From NCBI GenBank assembly GCA_020628895.1, contig JAHDEM010000001.1, forward strand, positions 28,868 through 92,867: a stretch of 64,000 bases of DNA. The letters run 5' to 3'. Positions 55,616 to 64,000 of this stretch are shown piece by piece (position 1 is the first letter of the stretch; every line of letters begins with the position of its first letter). The notes below the pieces were generated by a model that was not told the DNA's origin, did no database searches, and was given only the letters and a program-made list of their open reading frames with translations. The translations under genes were made by a program, and so were the position numbers. Source of the DNA: Candidatus Endobugula sp. Lineage in GTDB: Bacteria; Pseudomonadota; Gammaproteobacteria; Pseudomonadales; Cellvibrionaceae.

Positions 55616-57139
55616 ATGCAAGCTAAACGTTTTATTGCTGCGGATATGCGTCGAGCGCTCGATATGGTGAAGAATGAATTTGGTGAAGACGCAATGATTA
55701 TGTCCACCGAACGCACGGCTAAGGGGGTAGAGCTTGTGGCAACTATAGAGCAGCCTATAGAACACCTCCGTGATCAACATTCGTTGACGCAGGAATTGCC
55801 TAACAACCATTTAAATATACAAAAACAAAATATAGCTTCTGCTGCTGCGCGATTTCAGTCTATTCCGACACCATCATCGCCAGTCATGCAAAGGTATAGC
55901 AATAGTGTTTCTTCCAATCAACCAGTGGGTCCAGCGTCAGGAAAAACCAAGCAGCAGTTAGCCGAAGAATTGGAATTAGCTAACAAGAAAATGCAAGCTG
56001 CGCGTAGAGTAGAATCTGCCACACTGGAGGATTGGGCAGATAAGCAAAATGCTCAGGGTAGTCTTCAGCAAAAAAATGCTCAGCTAGATAAAAGGGATGA
56101 GGAAATACATCGTCTACACGAAGAAATTGTTGATATGCGTCATACTTTGGAATTACAAATATCAACACTAGCTGAATCTCATCAGCAACAATATATTCAA
56201 TCACAATCGGTGAATAACAGTACATTATCCGAAGTTGAATCGATATCATTGCAAGATGTGTCTGTGAATAGACAAAGAAATCACCCGAAAACCAACAATA
56301 GTGGGTCCGCAATATCTCATCATATTGTTGGAGAGATTAAGCAACATTTAGATTTTATTGGGTTGAATAAGTCTTGTAATGATGCGCTTATCCGCTCTAT
56401 TTCCGATAAAAATATGCCATTGGATAATAAGCAACGGCTGTGGACACAGGTATTAGCTCAATTATCTAAGAATATTCCCAGTGATATTTCGGACCCTATC
56501 TCTAAGGGGGGGATATACGCCTTCTTGGGGACAACAGGTGTCGGTAAAACAACGACTATTGCTAAATTAGCGGCTCGTCATGTGATGGAATATGGTGCAG
56601 AAGATGTAGTCTTATTAACCACCGATAACTATCGTATTTCGTCTCATAATCAACTCGTATCATTGGCAAAAATCCTCAATGTTAAAGTAGACGTTGTTGA
56701 AAAACTACAGGATTTACCACAAATTATTGATCAGTATCGTCATGCCTCGCTAGTACTGATTGATACTCCTGGAATGTCTCATTCAGATCGATTATTAAAA
56801 CCCCATTTACAATTATTGCGACAATCTAAAGACGTTAATAATGTGTTGGTCTTATCAGCCACTAGTCAATATCAAATGATGAAGTCTTCCTTACATAGCT
56901 ATCGATTTGCAGGCTTATCTTATGCTGTGATGACGAAACTCGATGAATGTGCCAGCCTAGGTGATGCCTTAAGTGTCATGTTTGAGCAAGAATTACCCTT
57001 AGCCTATATGACCGATGGTCAGTCAGTGCCTGAAGACTTATCTATTCTGAAATCATCGCAATGGGTTACTAAGGCAGTGACTATTGCTAAGTCTATGTCA
57101 GGCTCTAGCCAGAAAAGTCGTTATGCAAAGCATCAATAA
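55616..57139 (+). CDS. flhF: SRP-family GTPase FlhF (start 55616, or 55589)
   Basis: KRF.A.DMR.AL..VK..FG.DA, GTTGVGKTTT, DTPG, TKLDE, GQSVPEDL. Confidence 0.95.
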   Translation: MQAKRFIAADMRRALDMVKNEFGEDAMIMSTERTAKGVELVATIEQPIEHLRDQHSLTQELPNNHLNIQKQNIASAAARFQSIPTPSSPVMQRYSNSVSSNQPVGPASGKTKQQLAEELELANKKMQAARRVESATLEDWADKQNAQGSLQQKNAQLDKRDEEIHRLHEEIVDMRHTLELQISTLAESHQQQYIQSQSVNNSTLSEVESISLQDVSVNRQRNHPKTNNSGSAISHHIVGEIKQHLDFIGLNKSCNDALIRSISDKNMPLDNKQRLWTQVLAQLSKNIPSDISDPISKGGIYAFLGTTGVGKTTTIAKLAARHVMEYGAEDVVLLTTDNYRISSHNQLVSLAKILNVKVDVVEKLQDLPQIIDQYRHASLVLIDTPGMSHSDRLLKPHLQLLRQSKDVNNVLVLSATSQYQMMKSSLHSYRFAGLSYAVMTKLDECASLGDALSVMFEQELPLAYMTDGQSVPEDLSILKSSQWVTKAVTIAKSMSGSSQKSRYAKHQ

Positions 57140-57274
57140 AATGAATAAGAGTCATCGCCCGATAAGGCGATATTTGAGAAAGCATCTATACTGATGTAGG
57201 TATGTAGAAAAGAACGCCTTTAGCGGTTAACCGCATAAATAAAAGCGTTACGAATTATAGGAGTCACATAACCG

Positions 57275-58114
57275 ATGAGCCATCCAGTTCAAGTTATTGC
57301 CGTAACAGGAGGTAAAGGCGGTGTAGGTAAGAGTAACGTTTCCGTTAACTTAAGTATTGCTCTTGCAGAGAAGCACCGTCGAGTTGTATTGCTTGATGCT
57401 GATTTAGGCTTAGCCAATATCGATGTCTTATTAGGTATACGTGCAGATAAAACCATAGCCGATGTATTATCTGGTGAAGCTGAACTCAGAGATATTCTTA
57501 TTCAAGGTCCAGGTGGGATACGTATCGTCCCAGCTGCTTCAGGCGTCCAGCATATGGCGTCTTTAGATGCCCAGCAACACGGTGCGATGATCCATGCGTT
57601 TAGTGAACTTAGTGATCAATTGGATGTGCTAGTCATTGATACGGCTGCAGGGATATCGGACACGGTTGTTAGTTTTGTACGTGCCGCTCAAGAAGTGGTA
57701 GTGGTTGTCTGTGACGAACCTTCCTCTATCACCGATGCCTATGCCTTAATTAAATTACTCAATAAAGAATATGGCATGGTCCGTTTTCGCGTTTTAGCCA
57801 ATATGGTAGCAACCCCTAAACAAGGGCATCAGTTATTTATGAAATTAAGCGGTGTTTGTGAGCGTTTCTTGGATGTATCCATGCAGTATACCGGTGCTAT
57901 TCCTTTTGATGAGAATGTGCGGGCTGCAGTTAAAAAACAAAAAGCGGTGCTAGAGAGCTTTCCGCATTGTAAGGCCTCTCAGGCTTATCGTCAGTTAGCA
58001 AGCAAAATCGATGAGTGGCCGATTTTGTCTTCTCCCAGAGGGCATTTAGAGTTCTTTGTTGAAAACTTATTAGGAACGGCACACAGTGAATCGCATGTTT
58101 CTAGCAGAATATAA
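57275..58114 (+). CDS. fleN: Flagellar number regulator FleN/FlhG
   Basis: GGKGGVGKS, DADLGLAN, DEPSSITDAYA, GHLEFFVE. Confidence 0.95.
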   Translation: MSHPVQVIAVTGGKGGVGKSNVSVNLSIALAEKHRRVVLLDADLGLANIDVLLGIRADKTIADVLSGEAELRDILIQGPGGIRIVPAASGVQHMASLDAQQHGAMIHAFSELSDQLDVLVIDTAAGISDTVVSFVRAAQEVVVVVCDEPSSITDAYALIKLLNKEYGMVRFRVLANMVATPKQGHQLFMKLSGVCERFLDVSMQYTGAIPFDENVRAAVKKQKAVLESFPHCKASQAYRQLASKIDEWPILSSPRGHLEFFVENLLGTAHSESHVSSRI

Positions 58115-58151
58115 CAATATTTGTTGGTTTTAGTAATAAGGATTTCCATCA

Positions 58152-58898
58152 ATGATAGCAGCTGATGGCATTGGTTTGTATGAGCAAGCTGAAAGCACTC
58201 AAGATATTTCAGCCAGTGTCTGTATAGAAGATTATGTGGATCTTGTTAAGCGTATTGCTCAGCATATGGTGACAAGAATGCCAGCGAGTGTCCAAGTCGA
58301 TGACCTTGTGCAATCAGGAATGATTGGTCTTATCGAAGCTTCTAAAAAGTATGATGCTTCTCGAGGGGCCAGCTTTGAGACTTATGCAGGCATTCGTATT
58401 AGAGGTGCCATTGTTGATGAAATACGTAAAGGGGATTGGGTTCCTCGTTCAGTTCACCGAAATGCACGTCGTATCAGCGAAAGTATTGCAAAAATAGAGG
58501 CGAAATTAGGTCGTGATGCAAAAGATAGTGAAATTGCTCAAGCAATGGGTGTGGAGCTAGACGAATATCATGCCATGTGTCGCGATGCCGTTTCTGGGCG
58601 CTTATTCAGTATTGAAGAATCTTTCTCAGAGGAAGAGTCCTCGTCAATTGATCATGAGGATCTATCCAGTTTTGAAGCCCCAGATAGCGGTGTTCATCAT
58701 CAGGCACTGAGGTCCTCTCTGGTCAAAGCCATAGAGACTCTCCCAGAAAGGGAGCAGTTGGTGTTGTCACTTTACTATGATGAAGAGCTTAATTTGAAAG
58801 AAATTGGTCAAGTGCTTGGTGTTAGTGAATCTCGTGTGAGCCAAATACACTCTCAGGCGGCTTTACGTTTGCGTTCAAAACTGAAGGATTGGACATAG
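58152..58898 (+). CDS. fliA: Sigma factor 28
   Basis: DLVQSGMIGL, FETYAGIRIRGA, DWVPRS, GVSESRVSQIHS. Confidence 0.98.
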   Translation: MIAADGIGLYEQAESTQDISASVCIEDYVDLVKRIAQHMVTRMPASVQVDDLVQSGMIGLIEASKKYDASRGASFETYAGIRIRGAIVDEIRKGDWVPRSVHRNARRISESIAKIEAKLGRDAKDSEIAQAMGVELDEYHAMCRDAVSGRLFSIEESFSEEESSSIDHEDLSSFEAPDSGVHHQALRSSLVKAIETLPEREQLVLSLYYDEELNLKEIGQVLGVSESRVSQIHSQAALRLRSKLKDWT

Positions 58899-58990
58899 TT
58901 GTCACTCTTTTTGACATATTACTGGCTACCTGTGAAACAGCGTCTAGACTATAACTATATACACATATCGATGAGCATTTGGAGGTTACA

Positions 58991-59374
58991 TTGGACAAAA
59001 ATATGAAAATCCTCATTGTTGATGATTTTTCGACAATGCGAAGAATTATTAAGAACCTATTAAGAGACTTAGGGTTTACCAATACTCAAGAGGCTGATGA
59101 TGGTTTGACTGCACTACCTATGCTTAAAGGTGGTGACTTTGATTTTTTAGTCACTGATTGGAATATGCCCGGTATGACAGGTATTGACTTATTACGAGAA
59201 GTCAGAGCCGATGAGCGTTTAGCGAATCTACCGACATTGATGGTAACGGCGGAGGCCAAAAAAGATCAAATCGTCGAAGCTGCGCAAGCGGGCGTTAATG
59301 GGTATGTTGTGAAACCTTTTACTGCTCAGGCACTAAAAGAAAAAATTGAAAAAATATTTGATCGAGTTGAATAG
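58991..59374 (+). CDS. cheY: Chemotaxis response regulator CheY (TTG start; alternatives 58979, 59003)
   Basis: VDDFSTMRRI, DWNMP, VTAEAK, YVVKPF. Confidence 0.97.
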   Translation: MDKNMKILIVDDFSTMRRIIKNLLRDLGFTNTQEADDGLTALPMLKGGDFDFLVTDWNMPGMTGIDLLREVRADERLANLPTLMVTAEAKKDQIVEAAQAGVNGYVVKPFTAQALKEKIEKIFDRVE

Positions 59375-59443
59375 GTGAGTACTCATATTTTTTGAAAAAT
59401 GATGATGACGTAAAGTCTGTATTAAAAATCAGAAGGTTCAATA

Positions 59444-60244
59444 ATGGAAAGCCAATTAAGTATACCAGAACAACCCGACATGATTAATGAGTTACGCCAG
59501 TGTGCTGCAACCTTAACAGAAAAATTGCAAAGTAATGAATACGAAGAAGCTTCAGAGCTCATCGAAAAGTTATCTGAATGCCGTAATCAACATATTTTTC
59601 AGTCGATTGGTAAATTAACGCGAGGATTACACGACTCTATAGTCAATTTCAATGTTGATGGTGGAACCTGCCTGGTCAATGATGTGAATAATCCAGAATG
59701 TGAGTTTAATGATGCATCTAATAGACTCAACTATGTGATTGAACTAACACAAAATGCGGCAGAAAAAACGATGGATATGGTAGAGGAAGCAGCTCCAATA
59801 TCGATTAACTTATCGCAAGAGGCCGCTTTATTAAAAGACGAATGGTCACGGTTGCGTCGAAGAGAAATGACGCCCGATGAATTTAGAACCTTGTACAAAA
59901 GGTTGGATCAATTTTTTGAAGATACCGATAAAAGCACCGAAAAGCTTAATGAGAATTTACAGAATATTATTTTAGAACAAGGCTTTCAAGATCTAACAGG
60001 TCAAGTACTCAAGCGAGTAATCAGTCTTGTTTCAGAAGTGGAAGAAAACCTAGTTTCACTGGTACGTATCGCTGGCCAAGTAGAATCGGTTATAGGTATC
60101 GAGCCTGAAGAAGTGAAGAAACAAGCACAATCTGATGGTAAGAATATTAAAGGAGAGGGTCCTCAAGTAAAAGCAGAGGAGCGTGATGACGTTGTTTGCG
60201 GTCAAGATGATGTCGATGATTTATTATCTAGTTTAGGTTTTTAA
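59444..60244 (+). CDS. cheZ: CheY-P phosphatase CheZ
   Basis: GKLTRGLHDS, RLNYVI, QGFQDLTGQV, QDDVDDLLSSLGF. Confidence 0.96.
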   Translation: MESQLSIPEQPDMINELRQCAATLTEKLQSNEYEEASELIEKLSECRNQHIFQSIGKLTRGLHDSIVNFNVDGGTCLVNDVNNPECEFNDASNRLNYVIELTQNAAEKTMDMVEEAAPISINLSQEAALLKDEWSRLRRREMTPDEFRTLYKRLDQFFEDTDKSTEKLNENLQNIILEQGFQDLTGQVLKRVISLVSEVEENLVSLVRIAGQVESVIGIEPEEVKKQAQSDGKNIKGEGPQVKAEERDDVVCGQDDVDDLLSSLGF

Positions 60245-60254
60245 GGAGAACTCG

Positions 60255-62474
60255 ATGAGTTTTGCTGATGATGAAGAAATTCTCCAGGACTTTTTAGTGG
60301 AGGCAGGTGAAATTCTAGAACAACTTTCTGAACAGTTAGTTGAGCTAGAACAGCGTCCTGACGATAAAGATTTACTCAATGCTATTTTTAGAGGTTTCCA
60401 TACGGTAAAAGGTGGAGCAGGTTTCTTGCAATTAGAAACGATGGTTGAGTGCTGCCATGTAACAGAAAACCTATTTGATATATTACGCAATGGTCAAAGA
60501 GACGTTACTCCTGAATTAACCGATGTTGTATTGCAAGCACTAGATGCCGTTAATGAACAGTTTGAAGCTGTTCAACAACGAATGGAACCTGAACCTGCAG
60601 ATGCTGAATTATTAGCAACGCTTGCTCGTCTTGTTGCTTGTGAAGATCTTAATGATGATGCAAGCGATAGCGATGCTTCTGCAGAAGAGCCATCAACAGA
60701 GGAAGCCACTGATGAAAGTGCTGCTGAAAATACGAGCACTGATGAAGATATTACCGATAATGAATTTGAACAATTAGTGGATGCTGTTAGCGATGAACCT
60801 GCGCCCGCTGACGAAAGCACAGCCCCAAAAGCGACTGCCGCTGTCGATAATGATAGCAATGAAATTACCGACGATGAATTTGAAGATCTATTAGATCAGC
60901 TTCATGGTAAAGGGCAGGGACCAACATCGGTATCTGCTAAAAAACCAGAGGCTCAAGAGTCTGCCCCACAAGCTCAAGAAAAACCATCAGCAGCACCGTC
61001 AGAGGCAGCAAAACCTGCAGCATCTGGCGATAGTAATATTATCAACGATGATGAGTTTGAAGACTTATTAGATCAGTTGCATGGTAAAGGGAAGGGGCCA
61101 ACGAAACAGGCAACTGCTCCAGCTAGCCCAGCAGCTGAAACCCCATCTGAGTCCGAGGCTCCAAGCGAGGCGAAAAAAGAACCCGTTGCAGCGAAGCCTC
61201 AAGAGAAAAAAGCAGCGCCAGCTAAAAAGTCTCAGCCAGCAGCTAAAGCCAAGCCTGCTCCTAAACCCTCGGCAAAAGACGTTGCTACACCTCCAGCACC
61301 TGCAGCAGAGACAACGGTTCGAGTAGATACACAACGCCTTGACGATATTATGAATATGGTTGGCGAACTGGTATTAGTGCGTAACCGTTTAGTTCGTCTT
61401 AATGATAAGGTGACGGATGAAGCTTTAGGTAAAGCCGTATCTAACTTGGATGTGGTCACCGCCGATTTACAGACCTCTGTAATGAAAACACGTATGCAGC
61501 CGATCAAAAAAGTCTTTGGCCGCTTTCCCCGTGTGGTAAGAGATCTAGCGCGAAATCTTAAAAAAGAGATTAACCTTGAACTGGTGGGTGAAGATACCGA
61601 TTTAGATAAAAACTTAGTAGAAGCACTAGCTGATCCATTGGTTCACTTGGTAAGAAATTCAGTAGACCATGGTATTGAATCTCCAGACGTTCGCATGAAA
61701 AACGGCAAAGATAAAACAGGTAAAGTGATTCTTGCTGCACAACAAGAAGGGGATCACATCTTATTATCTATCACCGATGATGGTGGCGGTATGGATGCCG
61801 ATAAATTACGTTCTATTGCCGTAGAAAAAGGGTTAATGGATACCGATGCGGCTCAACGTCTTTCTGATACAGAAGCCTTTAATTTGATTTTTGCTCCTGG
61901 TTTTTCAACAAAGAAAGAAATTTCGGATGTGTCCGGTCGTGGTGTGGGCATGGATGTTGTAAAAACGAAAATTATGCAACTTAACGGCTCCATTAAAATT
62001 GAATCCGAAATGGGTAAAGGAACTAAAATACTGATCAAGGTACCGCTGACTTTGGCCATTATGCCAACTCTAATGATTATGTTAGGTGCACAAGCTTTTG
62101 CTTTACCTTTGGTCAGTGTGAACGAAATATTCCATATGGATTTGCAAAAAGTGAATATTGTTGATGGTCAGGAATGTGTATCCATTCGAGATCAAGCTGT
62201 TCCTTTATTCTTCCTTAAAAATTGGCTAGTGAATAATGCGGCAAATGCAGAAAAACCAAAAGAAGCGCATGTGGTTATTGTTACCGTAGGTACTCAACGA
62301 GTGGGTTTTGTTGTTGATCAACTCATAGGTCAGGAAGAGGTAGTTATTAAGCCGCTAGGTAAAATGCTAAATGGTACCCCTGGTATGGCTGGGGCGACGA
62401 TTACAGGCGATGGCACCATAGCCCTAATACTCGATGTTCCTAGTATGCTACAACGATATGCAGGTACTGCATAA
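60255..62474 (+). CDS. cheA: Chemotaxis histidine kinase CheA
   Basis: FHTVKGG HPt, VRVD..RLD dimerisation domain, HLVRNSVDHGIE, GRGVGMDVV, C-terminal CheW domain. Confidence 0.98.
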   Translation: MSFADDEEILQDFLVEAGEILEQLSEQLVELEQRPDDKDLLNAIFRGFHTVKGGAGFLQLETMVECCHVTENLFDILRNGQRDVTPELTDVVLQALDAVNEQFEAVQQRMEPEPADAELLATLARLVACEDLNDDASDSDASAEEPSTEEATDESAAENTSTDEDITDNEFEQLVDAVSDEPAPADESTAPKATAAVDNDSNEITDDEFEDLLDQLHGKGQGPTSVSAKKPEAQESAPQAQEKPSAAPSEAAKPAASGDSNIINDDEFEDLLDQLHGKGKGPTKQATAPASPAAETPSESEAPSEAKKEPVAAKPQEKKAAPAKKSQPAAKAKPAPKPSAKDVATPPAPAAETTVRVDTQRLDDIMNMVGELVLVRNRLVRLNDKVTDEALGKAVSNLDVVTADLQTSVMKTRMQPIKKVFGRFPRVVRDLARNLKKEINLELVGEDTDLDKNLVEALADPLVHLVRNSVDHGIESPDVRMKNGKDKTGKVILAAQQEGDHILLSITDDGGGMDADKLRSIAVEKGLMDTDAAQRLSDTEAFNLIFAPGFSTKKEISDVSGRGVGMDVVKTKIMQLNGSIKIESEMGKGTKILIKVPLTLAIMPTLMIMLGAQAFALPLVSVNEIFHMDLQKVNIVDGQECVSIRDQAVPLFFLKNWLVNNAANAEKPKEAHVVIVTVGTQRVGFVVDQLIGQEEVVIKPLGKMLNGTPGMAGATITGDGTIALILDVPSMLQRYAGTA

Positions 62475-62539
62475 TCTGGGGCTTATGTTTTCAAAGCTCT
62501 AATGAAAATCTAACGAAGCGCTAAAGAAGTCTTTAAAAT

Positions 62540-63706
62540 ATGGTTCTTAATGTCCTGATTGTTGATGACTCTCCGTTTTTTCAACGAGTATTGTCAGATA
62601 TTATTAATGATCATGATCAGCTACAGGTAGTTGGTGTTGCCAATAACGGTAATGAAGCCATTGAACAAGTGGCAAATTTAAAACCCGATTTGGTCACTAT
62701 GGATTATGAAATGCCGATGATGGATGGTGTTACTGCTGTCCGAACCATCATGTCTAAAAATCCCTTACCTATTCTAATGCTGTCGTCGATGACTTTCTCT
62801 GGTGCCAAAATTACTATCGATGCTTTAGAGGCCGGTGCCGCAGATTTTATGACAAAAAACTTTGCCGAAATCTCAGGTAAAGGCGCTGCAATTAAAAAAC
62901 GTTTATATAATACGTTACTAGCTTTAGGACGTAGTGCTCTATTATCAAAGAGACAACGTCCAACAACGGCGAATATTTCCAACCGTAAAGCAGAGTTGCC
63001 AAATAATGCATCAGCTGAAGCATCAACCGCTTCTCATATTAGGAATAGTTTAAGTAAGCCTGCTCAAAAAAACACTCATCAAACTCCTCAAAGTCAAGCA
63101 ACAACGACTGTTAGTAAAACCAATCAGATTTTTGAAACCAGTGAGAAACCAAAGCTGATTGTTATAGGGGCCTCAACGGGTGGCCCTGCGGCTATTACAG
63201 AAGTGTTAAAACGTTTGCCGGCAAGTTTTAAATATCCCATTATGATTGTACAACATATGCCACAGAACTTTACTTTGGCATTTTCTAATCGCCTTAATAA
63301 TCAATGTAATATTACGGTTAAAGAAGCCCAGGATGGGGATAGATTGATAGCCGGTCAAGCATTAGTTGCCCCGGGCGGCAAACAAATGATTTTGGATAAG
63401 ACAGATAATCGTCGAGTACGTATTATTGATTCAACCAAAGAGGTCAATTATAAGCCTTGTGTCGATATTAGTTTTGCATCTATTTCTAATGCCTATAGTA
63501 AAGATGTACTGGCGATTATTTTAACCGGTATGGGCAGTGATGGTTGTGATGGCGCGCGTTTACTTAAACAACAACGAGCAACAGTGTGGACACAAACTGA
63601 AGACAGTTGTGTCGTCTATGGAATGCCAATGGCCATAGACAGAGCCAATTTGTCCAATGCCTCACTGACTTTGGATAAAATAGCGTATCATCTAACATCT
63701 TTATAA
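62540..63706 (+). CDS. cheB: Chemotaxis methylesterase CheB
   Basis: Receiver domain plus GASTGGP, QHMP, LTGMGSDG, VYGMP. Confidence 0.97.
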   Translation: MVLNVLIVDDSPFFQRVLSDIINDHDQLQVVGVANNGNEAIEQVANLKPDLVTMDYEMPMMDGVTAVRTIMSKNPLPILMLSSMTFSGAKITIDALEAGAADFMTKNFAEISGKGAAIKKRLYNTLLALGRSALLSKRQRPTTANISNRKAELPNNASAEASTASHIRNSLSKPAQKNTHQTPQSQATTTVSKTNQIFETSEKPKLIVIGASTGGPAAITEVLKRLPASFKYPIMIVQHMPQNFTLAFSNRLNNQCNITVKEAQDGDRLIAGQALVAPGGKQMILDKTDNRRVRIIDSTKEVNYKPCVDISFASISNAYSKDVLAIILTGMGSDGCDGARLLKQQRATVWTQTEDSCVVYGMPMAIDRANLSNASLTLDKIAYHLTSL

Positions 63707-63720
63707 TGGAATGGGTCAAA

Positions 63721-63762
63721 ACGCTAGACGCTAGACGCTAGACGCTAGACGCTGGACGCTAG
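63721..63762 (+). repeat. Heptamer tandem repeat (ACGCTAG)x6, one variant copy
   Basis: Five ACGCTAG plus one ACGCTGG, 14 bp after the cheB stop. Confidence 0.95.
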
Positions 63763-63924
63763 AACTAAAATTGTGATTGATATTTTCAATTGCTCATTCT
63801 TTTTTAAAAATTCTTTAAAAATCCCTCTCTGGACATCTAAATTTCTTAATATTGATTAAAACGGCTTTTCTTACTATGTTTATAGTATGTGTCTTCAATA
63901 AATATAGATGGTCAATAGCGTTGT

Positions 63925-64000
63925 ATGAAACTCGACGTACTCAGTTTTTTTGGAATTATATTAGCATTTGCAGCATTATTGGGCGGCAACTTTTTAGAGG
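63925..64000 (+). CDS. motC: Flagellar stator MotA/MotC-family protein, N-terminal fragment cut by the window edge
   Basis: MKLDVLSFFGIILAFAALLGGNFLE matches the MotC N-terminus; expected position after cheB. Confidence 0.8.
   Translation, partial: MKLDVLSFFGIILAFAALLGGNFLE

Noticed and set aside
57137-57170. Possible sigma28 promoter (CCCGATAA) before fleN
   Set aside because: Spacing to TAAA is wrong; the word is the loop of a small TCGCC/GGCGA hairpin

Overview
A 64 kb chromosomal segment of an AT-rich gammaproteobacterium. The gene content (fabY, fleSR, fleN, motC, two-subunit pntAB) is Pseudomonas/Cellvibrionales-like; this taxonomy is inference only. Left part: 3' end of uvrB, an RsuA-family pseudouridine synthase, a redoxin, a LacI/Dabb/sugar-binding-protein locus, pntAB, a DeoR/oxidoreductase locus, a TPR plus glycosyltransferase-like gene, ylqF(rbgA), an HPF-family gene, then fabY and fadBA with two regulators. 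Middle: tRNA-Leu(TAG), tig-clpP-clpX-lon-hupB...ppiD. Right half: a polar flagellar/chemotaxis cluster from fleSR through fliE-R, flhBAF, fleN, fliA, cheYZAB to the start of motC, with five clear sigma54 promoters. Best candidate for an undescribed system: a three-gene cassette (30801-33802) inserted between hupB and ppiD. It encodes a membrane-anchored kinase with a NarX/PilJ-type nitrate-binding box, PAS-like region, HPt and CheA-type ATPase domain but no CheW domain, followed by a stand-alone CheY-like receiver and CheX. It sits behind a sigma54 promoter with NtrC-like half-sites. Also notable: three related GCTA-core heptamer tracts, a duplicated structured leader before the sugar-binding protein, and long palindromes upstream of pntA. 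No CRISPR array, integrase or intact transposase was seen. All calls are from motif recognition by eye, with no database searches.
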